In this document: positions 1-11,835 of the stretch, in pieces
Layout of the letters: the number at the start of each line of letters is the position of its first letter
Position numbering within the stretch: position 1 is the first letter of the stretch
Assembly (NCBI GenBank): GCA_051047955.1
Contig: JBPGPT010000034.1
Span: forward strand, 1 to 64,000
Reading direction: 5' to 3'
DNA length: 64,000 nt
Origin: Cystobasidiomycetes sp. EMM_F5
Taxonomy: Eukaryota
The notes under the pieces: model-generated
Seen by the model: only the letters and a program-made list of their open reading frames with translations
Told to the model about the DNA's origin: nothing
Database searches by the model: none
Made by a program: the position numbers and the translations under genes

Positions 1-1392
1 CCATTGCCTATCGAGTCAAAATGGAGACTCGGTCAATATCGTCTGCGAAACGAACGAAAGCGGCACACCGCCATAACGTACCAACTCTAGCACTATCAGA
101 GCTTTGTTCGGAGGCAGATGGCCAGCTGCGACCTGCTTGTCTTCCTCGAGACTCATGATTGGCGTGATGAACCCATAGGGCGAAGCAGAAGATCGTACAA
201 CTGGAGTACCTTTGCCAGCTAGATCAACCAGTTCCTGCTGCCACTCATCGACAGCAAATCCACCCTGCCGGATGAAGACGTTTCAGCCAGTGCCAAGTTG
301 CTGACAATGTCATACGCACGGCAGCCCAAACCGCAAAGACAAGCCCGTCGATGCCTGCCTCGATCTCCTTCTTGATTGCATCTCGCCTTTGGTCCAGATG
401 TGACCAAATGATACCTATCTTCGGTAACTTTGTAATGCTCTCGTTGTCAATGACGAAGTCAAACAGAGGCTTCTTGAGAGGCTTCGCGGGTTCAAAAAAG
501 AACTGCGGGATCCAATTGACGAAGAAGCCTAGTTGCCCTACTTCGAAGCCCTGAAATGTGTCCAACCTATTGGCAGAGACTTTGTTGCAGTAATATCCCG
601 AAGTGATTCTGTCTCCAAGCGTTACGAGTACTCCTCTACCTTGGGCGGCCTCGGAGCCAGCGAGGCTGAAGGCTTGGACGAGATTGTCTGATGCAGGGGA
701 GTTAGTGTTTTAGCTTGCGCCAGCTTGCGTTACCTCGAGCTTGTTCGGTACATACATTGCGAATCCGCGGAAAGCTGTCGAGGTGGAGAGTATCGATCAG
801 GAATGTGAGAGAGGACGGATGTCGACAATTGTAGAACTCACGCCGGAAATAGGTCGCATCGACCCAGTGACGACGACTGGCAACTTTCGGTCCAGCGTGA
901 CGTCCAGAAAGAAGGCCAGTTCTGCGATATCGTTCGTGCCACGCGTAATCACAACGGGCGTATCGATAGTCTTGATGAGGCGAGCCAGCCTTAAATACTC
1001 GGCGGTATCATACTGCTGAGTCTTGACCTCGACGACTCCGGCTACTTGTGCGATGTTGCTGATTTCTGCGCGACAACCAAGCAATATACGAAATCAATCA
1101 AAGCGGCTCATGGGTTATGGCTTTTCAGAGGTGGAACTTACCGGGAACGCGATCCAGTATATCCTTCCCGCTAAGGCGTGTGAATCCTGGAGTCTTCTTG
1201 TCCCCGTACGCTGTGACCTCGAGGTTCGACGATACGCTACATGCAATCGTGCCGCCTCTGATGCGCAGACCACACCGTAAAGTGAGCGAATATGTTCAGG
1301 GGATGCCGAAGGTATAGAACGAACGTGGCTATAAGAGTCACTCGCGGTAGATGCGCTCGACTTGCTTCTGACTGGCCAGCTCTCGTAACCAT
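1..1392 (-). CDS. L-asparaginase type II-like protein, multi-exon, 3' end runs off the window start
   Basis: Hand-spliced exons give MVTRAGQSEASRAHLPRVTLIAT|GGTIA, VVITRGTNDIAELAFFLD, PVVVTGSMRP, LSADSQYNLVQA..GRGVLV, YYCNKVSANRLDTF and GHLPPNKALIVLEL, all matching asparaginase II motifs. No signal peptide. Confidence 0.85.
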
Positions 1393-1896
1393 CTTGATGG
1401 CGACCGAGATTGCAAGTTGGGGCTGTCTGCTACGCTAGAACTGCGGAGATTGATTAGACCGGAACGCGTTGTAGCAGCGGGATACCTAATGCGATGAAGA
1501 AGAGAGGTGGGTGGAGAGTGCTCAGCTCCAAAGACTCTGTCAGACATCAGCGCATGTTAGCCGAGCATTCTCGAGCTCGCGGGGCTATTAGCCGACAGTT
1601 CGGGTGCTGATAGATATCAGCTTGGACAGCATATAGCTGCAGACCGTATAGCGAGTACTAGTTCATTTGTAGCGACAAGAATGGAAGAACTCTACTGAAC
1701 TCTGGGTACGCTATCTTGTATTTTCAGAAATCGGGGGGCCTAGGCAAGATTTACGTATGCAAGCGCAAATCCCCGCAGAAATGCCCGGCCAAGCTGCATT
1801 TCATTCGAGACTGCACTAGTACAGGAATGGAGCGCGCATAGCCTTAGACAACAACACGGCCGACTGCACTATGCCATGCGGTGACTGCCCTACCCC

Positions 1897-2586
1897 TTAC
1901 GCATCATCGACATCATCCGCGGCTTCTGTAGAGACGTTGAAGTATCTGAGGGTGAAAGAATCCTTCTTTGTCGCAACTACTCGCAGCCAGTCCCTCATCG
2001 AGTTTTTCTTCAAGAAGCGTTTTGTAAGGTACTTGACATATCTAAGCATGACAGTCAGTATAGGTGACACAAGGAGAGCTGGGATGGCCGCACCTCTTGC
2101 TGAAAGCGCCGGTCGCAGTCACGAGCACTTTGCCATCGCCCTCCTTTGTGACTGTGATCTTGTCACCGAGGTTGCCGGCCTTGTTGTCGACCTTGATGTG
2201 CTCCTTTAGGTCTGCAGACGGGACTTGTCAGTGTCGCCATGACAGCAAGATGGTTACATAGTCGCTCCCTCACACTGCACATAAGCGTCACCGTCAAAGA
2301 CTGCGTCGTTTGCGGGCGCGCTAAAGTCGACGTAGACCTTCTTCTGTTGGTTTGCCAACGTCTTTTGGGTGGATTGGCCCTTCTTTGTCTGGATCGGACA
2401 TATACACCCACGACTCAGCTACTGCACGGATCAATCGATGGCAGCATACTGAGCGTGGATTCGGGGGGATTGGGTAGGGGTATGCTCCAAGTCGCGCAGG
2501 TTGCCCGCTCTCTCCGTCCCCAATGGTGCACCCCGATACTCTTCCCCCTCCTCCGTCGCTGCGGATGCGAGTCAACGTACAGACAT
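1897..2586 (-). CDS. RPL22: 60S ribosomal protein eL22
   Basis: Spliced exons: [79 protein letters not shown]. Canonical GT-AG introns. Confidence 0.95.
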
Positions 2587-3102
2587 GGTGTGTAGCAGGA
2601 TATGGCAGTGTGCTGGGCTGTAGCGAAATGCGAGTCGTTGCGGAAATTTGGAATCTCTCTCCCCTTGGACATCTCGATTGCTCGGGAAAAAGGGACTCGG
2701 AAGGTCGCGAAAGAGAATGCCCCGCAATGGATACTATTTTGACAACAATGCCATTACAGCGTTTGTTGATACTGTACTGCATTTGCAGGAGGCTTGTATT
2801 GTAGTCTGTACACACAAAACAGCCAAAAGCAAACCAGCATATGTAGCCCAGCTCTCGATCCTCCTACTACTAATCGACCATCATCCATTACATGGCCTGA
2901 GTGATTGTTGACTGTGACTGTGTTGAGTGGCCTGCACTCCAAGGAGCTCTCCGTCGTTGTTTGCTGCATGCTACGCCTGGTTGCCGTAAGTGAATTTTCG
3001 TCGATACCTTGCCAGAGTAATCGAAATTTCAAAGTCGAATATTGAGCCAGACTTTGCAGAGGTGCTCCACGTCCTGGCAGTGCATCCACACTCCCTCCAG
3101 CC
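2587..3102. promoter_or_regulatory. Probable bidirectional promoter between RPL22 and CBF5
   Basis: 516 bp between divergent starts of two ribosome-related genes. Inferred from geometry. Confidence 0.5.
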
Positions 3103-4846
3103 ATGGCCAGCACATCGGCACCGTCGACCGCGACAAACGGGGCGTCGACCTCGTCAAATGTAGACTTTATGATTAAACCGTCGAGCGAAGCGCCAGCAAT
3201 AGACACGAGCAAATGGCCAATCCTCCTCAAGAACTTTGACAAGTGCGTCCAATGCCCTATTTTACTGCGCAAACACTCTCTTTTGCTCATCCCGCTCTCG
3301 CCGTCAGACTACTCGTCCGCTCGGCACATTTTACCCCAATCCCAGCAGGGGCTAGTCCGCTGAAGCGAGATCTTGCGAGTTATATCAGGTGGGTTGGGGG
3401 ATGCTGTCGGTTGTTCTCCTGCTCACACCCTCCCTGATCTCTTCCAGAACCGGCGTAATCAACCTCGACAAACCCTCAAACCCGTCATCCCACGAAGTCG
3501 TAGCATGGATTCGGAGGATACTGCGTTGCGAAAAGACAGGACACTCTGGCACACTCGACCCGAAAGTGACTGGTTGCCTGACTGTGTGCATCGACCGTGC
3601 GACGAGGCTCGTCAAGTCTCAGCAAGGAGCAGGAAAGGAATACGTCTGCGTACTCCGATTACACGACGCTCTCGAGAACGAAAAGGCGCTTCTCCGAGGA
3701 TTGGAAACACTTACTGGCGCTCTCTTTCAACGACCTCCCCTCATCTCCGCCGTCAAGCGCCAACTACGTATCCGCACAATCTACGAGAGCAAACTCGTCG
3801 AATTCGACAACAAACGACACCTTGCTGTCTTTTGGGTATCGTGTGAAGCAGGCACATACATCCGAACACTGTGCGTTCATCTCGGTCTGCTACTCGGCGT
3901 GGGCGGGCACATGCAGGAACTACGGCGTGTACGATCGGGTGCAATGTCGGAGAATGACGGGCTCGTGACGATGCACGACGTTCTCGACGCCCAGTGGATG
4001 TACGACAATACAGCCGACGAGTCCTACCTTCGACGCGTCATCAAGCCACTAGAGACTCTGCTCACCGGATACAAGCGACTCGTCGTCAAGGACTCTGCCG
4101 TCAATGCAGTATGCTACGGTGCCAAACTCATGCTTCCGGGTCTACTGCGCTTTGAGAATGACATCGAAGTCGGCGAAGAGGTAGTCTTGATGACGACAAA
4201 GGGCGAAGCTATCGCGATTGCGATTGCGCAGATGACAACGGTCGAACTATCAACGTGCGATCACGGTGTGGTCGCAAAGATTAAGCGAGTCGTCATGGAG
4301 AGGGACGTGTACCCTCGACGGTGGGGACTCGGGCCGCGCGCGCAGGAGAAGAAGAAGATGATCAAGGGAGGTCAGCTGGATAAGTACGGACGGACAAACG
4401 ATGCTACTCCCCAAAACTGGAAAAAGGAGTATGTCGACTATTCGGTGGAGGGAGATGCGCCACCTGCTGGTCTCTTACCGTCACAGCCTGAGGCTTCTAC
4501 ATCTACCGCGAATGGGGATAAGCCGTCAGCGTCTGCGGCAGAAGCTGAAGAGGGTGCGGAAGCGACAAAGGAGAAGAAGGACAAGAAGAAGAAGAGAAAG
4601 AACGCAGATGGTGCTGCCGCGGATGAGTCGGCAGCGCAAGGCGGGGACGTCACGATGGCAGATACGACGCAGGGCGATGTGACGAGAGATAATGGCGAGA
4701 CGGAGGAAGAGCGCAAAGAACGGAAACGATTAAAGAAGGAAGCGAAAGCTGCGAAAGCGGCTGCCGCTGAGGGCTTGAACGGGGAGGCAGCGAGCGAGGA
4801 ACCGAAAAAGAAGAAGAAGAAGACGGTCTCAGCAGGGGATGCGTGA
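3103..4846 (+). CDS. CBF5: H/ACA snoRNP pseudouridine synthase (dyskerin)
   Basis: [30 protein letters not shown], catalytic [15 protein letters not shown] domain and Lys-rich tail. Introns 3243-3307 and 3389-3447. Confidence 0.97.
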
Positions 4847-5883
4847 GGTCGCTTCTTCCCGTCTCATCTGCTTGGCTCGTTTTCGAATTCGTCTTCTTTT
4901 ACGATATCCTGTCTGCAATTGTTGTCTGTTCCACTGCTTTTAATTACCCTGTCGCCATTGTCTGCGTTGTATTCCCTTCATGTAGCTTGTCGCTAGTTAT
5001 CGGTCACGGCGTCGGCGTGATCTTTTACCCATTTTGCCCAACATGTTGCCTTCATGATTCGGGGTATTACGATGCTCCCCATGGTCAGCTGCCGAGCTCA
5101 CTCTCTGCTAGCCCTGTATGCTTAGCCTGGATGATGGCTGAACGATGCGTCGATATCGGTCAACTTGCGTCAAGTGCATATGTCGATGGTTTACGCAAGC
5201 AGTCCACCCGCCCGCTGCCGCTGCCGCTATCTTCACCAATGTATGTCCTTCTGGCGACACATACTCCATCGACCGAAGTCATGCCGCCTCGCTCGGCACT
5301 GAATTCACAAATAATTATTGGCTACATGCGCTCATGTGGGAAGCGTGCTGATATCTATCTTGTCGGCTGTCATTACGTCGTTCCACCGTATTCGCGTCGC
5401 ACTCCACTTCCTCCCTCCTTCCTACGCAGGCTTATACCAGTAGTGAACAGTCGAGAGTTGCCACGCTGTATTCGCTTTAAATGCCCCTGCAACAGCAAGC
5501 CAGCACGTCCTCATCTCGCCACGATACCACCGTTGCGGTAGGCTGTGCAGCATCCTGTGGCAGGGTACGGGGCGACCAAGCCCAACACCTTCTACAAAAC
5601 CGGCCGGTAGGTCCTCCCGCGCAAGGTTATGGTGGTGTGTGTGGCTACCGTCGCTGCCCCTGCTCAGCTTGTGGCGTATGCAACGCCGGAAACGGATGGG
5701 CGGATGAGCGACTTGAGATTGTTAGATGGGCGTCCCGTTGCAGTAATTGGTAAATGACGGATCGAGGTGTCCATGTCCTTCCTGGTCCTCATTAGACGTT
5801 TACGCTGTCTCATACAAATGTATTTAAGCGGCGTTCCCTTGCTGCGTTTGCCACGTTAGTCGTCCAGTTCCTCATACAGCGAA

Positions 5884-7500
5884 TTATCCTGGTGTGACTG
5901 TCTGCGCGTGCTGTGCTGTAGCAATCGCAGTTGCCGGGCTTGCGGCGTCAGTCACAATGGCACTTGTTGCAGCCGCGGCAGCGGCGTCTTTCTCCTTTGC
6001 TTTTCGCTTTTCCAAGATGGCTTTACGAAGCTCATCAAGGCGAGTCTTGTATCTTTGGGCTTGAGCGGTCTATGTTTGTACACCATGAGTCGTGGTATAC
6101 TTATCTTAGCCTTGACGGGGGCAACTCACCGCTTTCTCAGCTTCCGCTTTGGCTAATCTGAGCTCATCCGATAATTCCAAGACGCGTCGCTGAGAAGCCA
6201 GTAATGCCGACGAATCGTCTGCCACTGGCGCTTGCGCTTCCGGACGCGGTACGACTTGTCGTCTATTGTCAGAGAGATTCGCCATGGATTGTACCATCGC
6301 ACGTTCAGCCTGCCGGCGGAGATCCTTTTGCAGATTCGCCACACTGCCTCGTATCGCTTCTCGTTCTCGTGTGCGCTCCTGAGTGACGGCCTCAAACCGC
6401 TTCGACAGATCGTCGAGCGTGTCTTTGAGTGTTGCATTCTCATGTATTAGCTCTTCCAACGTCTTGCTCGATTGCATCGTTTGTGGTGGACTACCCGATG
6501 TAGGAGCATGAGTATATCCATCGTAAGAAGGGATATTCAGCACTCACAACGGAATCTCGCTTGCATCGCTTGCATCCACTCTTGCTTGCGGTTTGGGGTT
6601 GCTCGGCACGACGTAGAATGACTCCTGCACATGGGGTGTTTGTGCAAAGGCTCGCTGATTGTCGAGCTTAGGTGGCGTAACAGTATGCTTGTGCCCGAGT
6701 TTGTTTGCGCCAGGGGTGTTGAGTGGAACGACCGGCACTGACGCAAAAGCCACTGCGTTACCAAACTTCAAAGTGAGCCCGTCAACGGTGTTCAGGAAGG
6801 CAGTCATGGGGTCCTCTGGATCCTCCTGAATCCATTCGGCGCATTAGATTGTAGATCAACTTTCATATAGGTAAAGCGTTGGAAACTCACGGTGTTGCGG
6901 AGAAGGTAATAGCTCTCTTCAACACTGCTCGAACCCCTCGATTCTGTAGAATGCGGGACCGTCGAAATGACTGACTGGGACGGCGATGTCGATCTACGAG
7001 ATATGCGAGATTCCTCCATGACGGATGCATCCGAGCTGTATCTGGGACTGTAGGTGCTTGCGGTAGGCGGTCTGTAGGGTGAAGTAGCAGCGGCAAAGTT
7101 GTGCAGGTGCTGGTGTCTCGGGGGTTGGGCGGCACGATGAGCTTCTTTGCTGCGTGTAGACTGGCTATGATGAGAGTTGGAGCGTTGCTCCTTTGGAGTT
7201 GTGTTTGCGGCTGTAGGCCTGCTCCGCTTAGCATCCTCGCTCAGCTTGAGCTGCTTGTTGCATTGCATCAAGAGCAGTTTGGCTACTGCTGCATCGCTCG
7301 TTGCATTGGCTGCGAGGTGATAGTTCTTTGCAGCCTGCGTATGAGCTTCGCTTGCCTGCTGGAACGCTCGTTTGGCGGACAGTTGCAACCCATGCTCGGC
7401 GTGCCAATCAGCCTGTTCTGACAGCGCTCAGCGGAGGGTGTTATGTTACAGCTTTAATCATTCGTCTCACCTGAACCAGCGGTGGGGCATCAGGATCCAT
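5884..7500 (-). CDS. Protein with N-terminal MIT-like helical bundle and C-terminal coiled coil, possibly Atg38/NRBF2-like
   Basis: Spliced ORFs: MDPDAPPLVQ|ADWHAEHG..FQQASEAHTQAAKNY..LLLMQ; ESYYLL and ESFYVV motifs; coiled coil KTLEELIHENATLKDTLDDLSKRF; last exon RYKTRLDELRKAILEKRK. Family assignment is from architecture only. Confidence 0.6.
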
Positions 7501-7795
7501 GGCTGCGTTGACAATAACAGGATTTCTAATCTGATAAACGCAATCACATCGTCATGATTGCGAGACTGAACCAGCGTTGTGCGATGAGCGCAGTGGATCC
7601 ACTACAAGACCATACAGGTTGGTCATGAGCGTGCAGGCTGTTGTGCAAACATTGACCAGTATTGGCAGTATCTTGGATGGAAAGCAAGCTCAAATACTGT
7701 AATGCCCCCAACTCATGCTGCAACCAGGTTGAAATACCGCCAATGATTTGAAATAATGACCGACTGAACATATGCTAAACAACGCCAGAGTATAG

Positions 7796-10700
7796 ATGAA
7801 GGAAAGTGCAGGGCTGCGTCAGAGAGTCCAGCGGAGCAAGCTGGCTGGAGAGCCTGAAGCAGCGACGACGCCGAAAACCAATGGCAGCAACGATAAAGCA
7901 AGCTATGGCAAGACTCCGGATGGCAGAGGCAGGGTTCTGAGTTGGTTCATATAAGCGTGCTCCACACCTGACCACCCTTGCAATGGCAGTCTTTGAAATT
8001 CCGAAAACGCACAATGTCCTGGCTGGCCTGTTTGATCCGAGGCTGCCCAAGTCTACGCTCGATGTCGTGACGCTGGCGCTGCTCGGAAGCCAGGTTATCC
8101 TATGGCTGTGTCTCCCGTTGTCGACTAGCAGACATCTCTTCATCTACATGTTTGCATTCTGGCGTCTGGCTTACAAGTTGCGGCATTGCGCCATGATGCA
8201 CCGTCAGAGACACTAACTTTATTACCCCCTTCAGTGCTGGTCTCGGATACATTCTGACCCAACAGAGCAAGAAACGCTGGATAGTCAACAGCCTAAAGCG
8301 TCGAGGTTGGCTGGATGCGAACAAGCACCCGCGCACGAAGGCCTGGATACAGCGCCAAGTCAGCATCAAGTTTGGGAGCAACTACGACTTTGACGTTGGT
8401 CTGCTCGCACACAAAGACACGCAATTCGCCCTAACGCTGTATATCTTGACAGTCTTACCCAGCCGAATGGAATGTCTGGGTCCTCTTCCGTCACAGCGTA
8501 GACGTGATCCTCCTCAACGACTTCGTATCCTACTTCTTCTTTGGCATATCCTACTTTACAACGCCAGATTGGGACGACAGCAAGGCCGTCATATGGTACT
8601 TTACGCGCTGGCTCAGCGGTATTACCCTCGTCGTCTTCAACCTCTGGGTCAAGGTTGACGCGCATAGGATTATTACCGATCTCGCCTGGTACTGGGCAGA
8701 TACATTCTTCCAATCTCTACAGGATCTCGTTTTTGATGGCGTATTCGAGATGGCACCGCACCCGTAAGCATCTGGAAATGTTACTCGCGCCTTGAAACTG
8801 ACATGGTCTACAGGATGTACTCTGTAGGCTATGCTGGATACGTGAGTTATATGCAGTCAGATAAAGGTACCCATGCTGAGACGCAGAGCAGTACGGTCTA
8901 AGCCTTATCTCTGGCAGCGAGACTGTCCTTTTTGTTAGCCTCGCAGCCCACGCTTGCCAGTTTGCCTTCTTGGTCTTCTTTGAAAACCCACGTGAGATTT
9001 CTCCGTGCGTCAGGAATACATATTGTTCATCCTGACGATATGATAAAACAGACATCGAGCGGACATATGGGCAGCGCAAGCCAATTGCTATGCGTGAGGC
9101 GCCTAACATCACTCAAGACTCGGGTCTAGCCAAGAGACGTCCTTCTGCAAAGTCGAGTAAAAGACATTTCTCCACGTCGTCAGCGGACTCTGTGTCTGGT
9201 TCCGTATTGCGAACACTAGCCAACTCTGACACCGAGGACGGTGGCGACTATACTGAGACTGACGCCACTTCGCATGCAACGGGTGCACCAAGAGATAAGG
9301 GCAGATCGGTATCCATCAGCTCTGTCAGCGATCTCGGTATCGACGACGACGAAGACGGCGATAGAGCTACTCCAACCGTCACGAACATGTTACCATCGTC
9401 CTTCGGCCAATCAAGTCCACGACATCCTACAGCACAGTCGAAACACGATGTCGAGAGTCAATTTTTCCGACACGATACAGTCATTCTCAGCAACTTCGAT
9501 ATTCTTCGCGCAAGCGATGTCGGCTTTGCACTTGCCATCTTCTACATGCTGTCAGCATGGATGTTCACCGTTCTGAGTCGGCGGAACCAACTCATCGCCA
9601 TCTTTGCAAACGCGCTGGCATGGCGCATCATTCATACTTTTGTATTGGGCAATATATTGAAATGGCAGAGCGAGAGGAAATGGATGGTTCGCCATTATCT
9701 GAAACATTACCATTACAATGACTCGGTGTATGGCGCGGTCACTGAAGCCTTCGCAAATTGGAAGAGTATATACAATATCAGTGTAAGCACAGCAGGTCCG
9801 AGTCATCTGCTCGAGCTGACGAATATTGAATGTCAGCTTTGCATGGTATACGGTACGCAATGGCTCCCCGTAGCCGGATATTTCCTGTGACTGACTTACA
9901 GATATTTCTGATTGAATCTCATTCAGCTTCCTTCGGTATTCTCGCAATTGCTTGCTATGACTGGAAGCTCACGACAGAGACTCTACGGCACACACTCGGT
10001 TTCGTGAGCATCTCCGATACGCAGTGCTGCGGTACAGACAAAGTGAACTTACCTTGCTTCCGCCAGCTGCTGATTATGCTACATGTATGGACTGCGAAGG
10101 CCATCTTCGAGGTGATTGGCAAATTCGGATGGTTCTATGGCGACTTTTTCATTCGCAATGAAGCGGTTCCTCTTCAGTTGTACTACACCGGTATTTATAG
10201 ACACGTCAATAACCCTGAGCGCAGTGAGTCTCGATGAGTGACTGGCTGTACATTGCTGAAGGCGCTCACAATGTACAGTCATGGGAGGCGCAGCCTTCTT
10301 CGGGTTAGCAATCGTCAGTGGCAGCAAACTTGTCGGTCTCATGGCAGTCATTTCGGTGCTCTCCCACTTCTGGTTCTTGTCGTGCGTAGAGAAGTGAGTC
10401 GCCGTGCCTATGCTTGATTTCTGGAAAATCAAGGACCTAAGGGTTATGAGCTCAGCCCGCACATGAAACGTCTATACGGTAAAGCGATGCGAAAAGAGGC
10501 TGGTGTGACAAAGACCTTCAAAGGTGTAGCCAAGCAGTCGTCGCATCGTGCGCCGCAAATCCAGAAAGCAGTACAGAACTTTCAGGGCACGATTGAAAAA
10601 GTGCTAGATGACACGTCTACGGTTGTGGAAGAGTTCTTGCGCAAGTGTGAGCAGAGGATTCATGTGTCAATTTCATTGCTTTACTGATAGCAATTTTCTA

Positions 10701-11729
10701 GCCGCTCCTCGTCTCAACGGCTACGTCGAAAACACCAAAGTCTTACTGAGGGAGCAAGGCGAAAAGTTATTGATTACGTATGTCGAAAAGTCCGCAACGT
10801 ATGGTATCAATAACTAAGATACCTACGTGCAGCCGGATCGCAGATGTCGGTGCATTGGACGCTCGCGCTTATCAGCTTGCATTAGAGCCGTCCACGTTAG
10901 GGCAGGGCGATGCCGATCTGCCTGACACGCCTCGATCATCCCGATTACCTTGCTATCAATTAGGCGAGACTATCAAGATCAGATGGACGGCACCGTCCAA
11001 TTGCTCACATCGCGACTGGATCGGTCTGTACCGTCTTGGTGCAAACAAGAGCACTCTTATCACCCAAGTACAGAGTCAGAAACGCTGGCTGGGTATATAT
11101 CCCGATGAATGGGAGGGCGACCAATCGTTGGCTATCGATGGCGTGGAAAGCTCCGGCACTTCTGCTGCCTCTGTCAAGCGAGGTTCGCTGATCTTCTCGG
11201 ATCATCGACTGTTCTGGAAGCCCGGCAAGTACGAATTTCGTTATCACCACGATGGCAAACACAATGTGCTGGCCATCTCTGAGCCGTTTGAGATTGTTGG
11301 TGAGTAGATTATAGGCTCGCGGCTCACCGCAGTAGAGGTGACTGACGATATGACGTAGTCGAACGACCTCGCATGCTGCACAAATATGCGTCCGTGTATA
11401 ACACGCTGTTGCCGTTGGTGTCGCGGTGTCTGAATGATGATGTCGCTCTCATCCCGGAGAGCGCCTATACATTGCTAGACTTGCCCAGTCAGCCGTCCAA
11501 GGAGGAACTAGCCAAGATACACGGCCAGCGAGCCGATACCGACGATTTCGTCATCTTTACGGAGTCACAAGCCGAGCGAATAGCGGATGCTATATACCTC
11601 AGTTGCGGTCTTGAGCTTACGAGCGAAGTAGTCATGGCGGAGGCTAATGTCGCCAAATTGACGCGTAGCGTTGTGGATGCAAGGGCGTTGCTGCTGCCAT
11701 TTGACAGCGCAGATGCATCGCCCTCATGA
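7796..11729 (+). CDS. CHO2: Phosphatidylethanolamine N-methyltransferase, many introns, 5' end uncertain
   Basis: [82 protein letters not shown] and C-terminal [13 protein letters not shown]. Confidence 0.93.
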
Positions 11730-11835
11730 TATGTGGAAGGCAAAGTGCTGCATTATCTCGTAGTGTGGTACCACAATGACGCATAGACAACCTTGTTGTG
11801 CGTGCCAGAGCGACATCAGCTGGCATTGAGCAAAA

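Noticed and set aside
2985..3035. RRPE-like motifs (TGAATTTT, GAAATTTCA) upstream of CBF5
   Set aside because: Imperfect matches that are not consistently repeated upstream of POL5 or BMT6.
5180..5195. AAACCAT followed by ACA on the minus strand (snR30/U17 m2-like)
   Set aside because: Spacing to ACA is 2 nt rather than 7, and no m1 motif (AUAUUCCUA) is present.
4771..5541. Long -1-frame ORF overlapping the CBF5 stop, with G_AAA_AAG near 4804 (possible frameshift extension)
   Set aside because: Not a true X_XXY_YYZ slippery site. The region is A-poor, so stops are rare by chance, and the peptide has no recognisable features.
5481..5753. 90-aa Cys-containing ORF (metallothionein-like?)
   Set aside because: Cys density and spacing are unconvincing, and it overlaps the structured element. 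No homology recognised.
4850..5880. Telomerase RNA, RNase P/MRP or SRP RNA candidate
   Set aside because: No CCCTAA-type template or conserved signature motifs found by eye on either strand.
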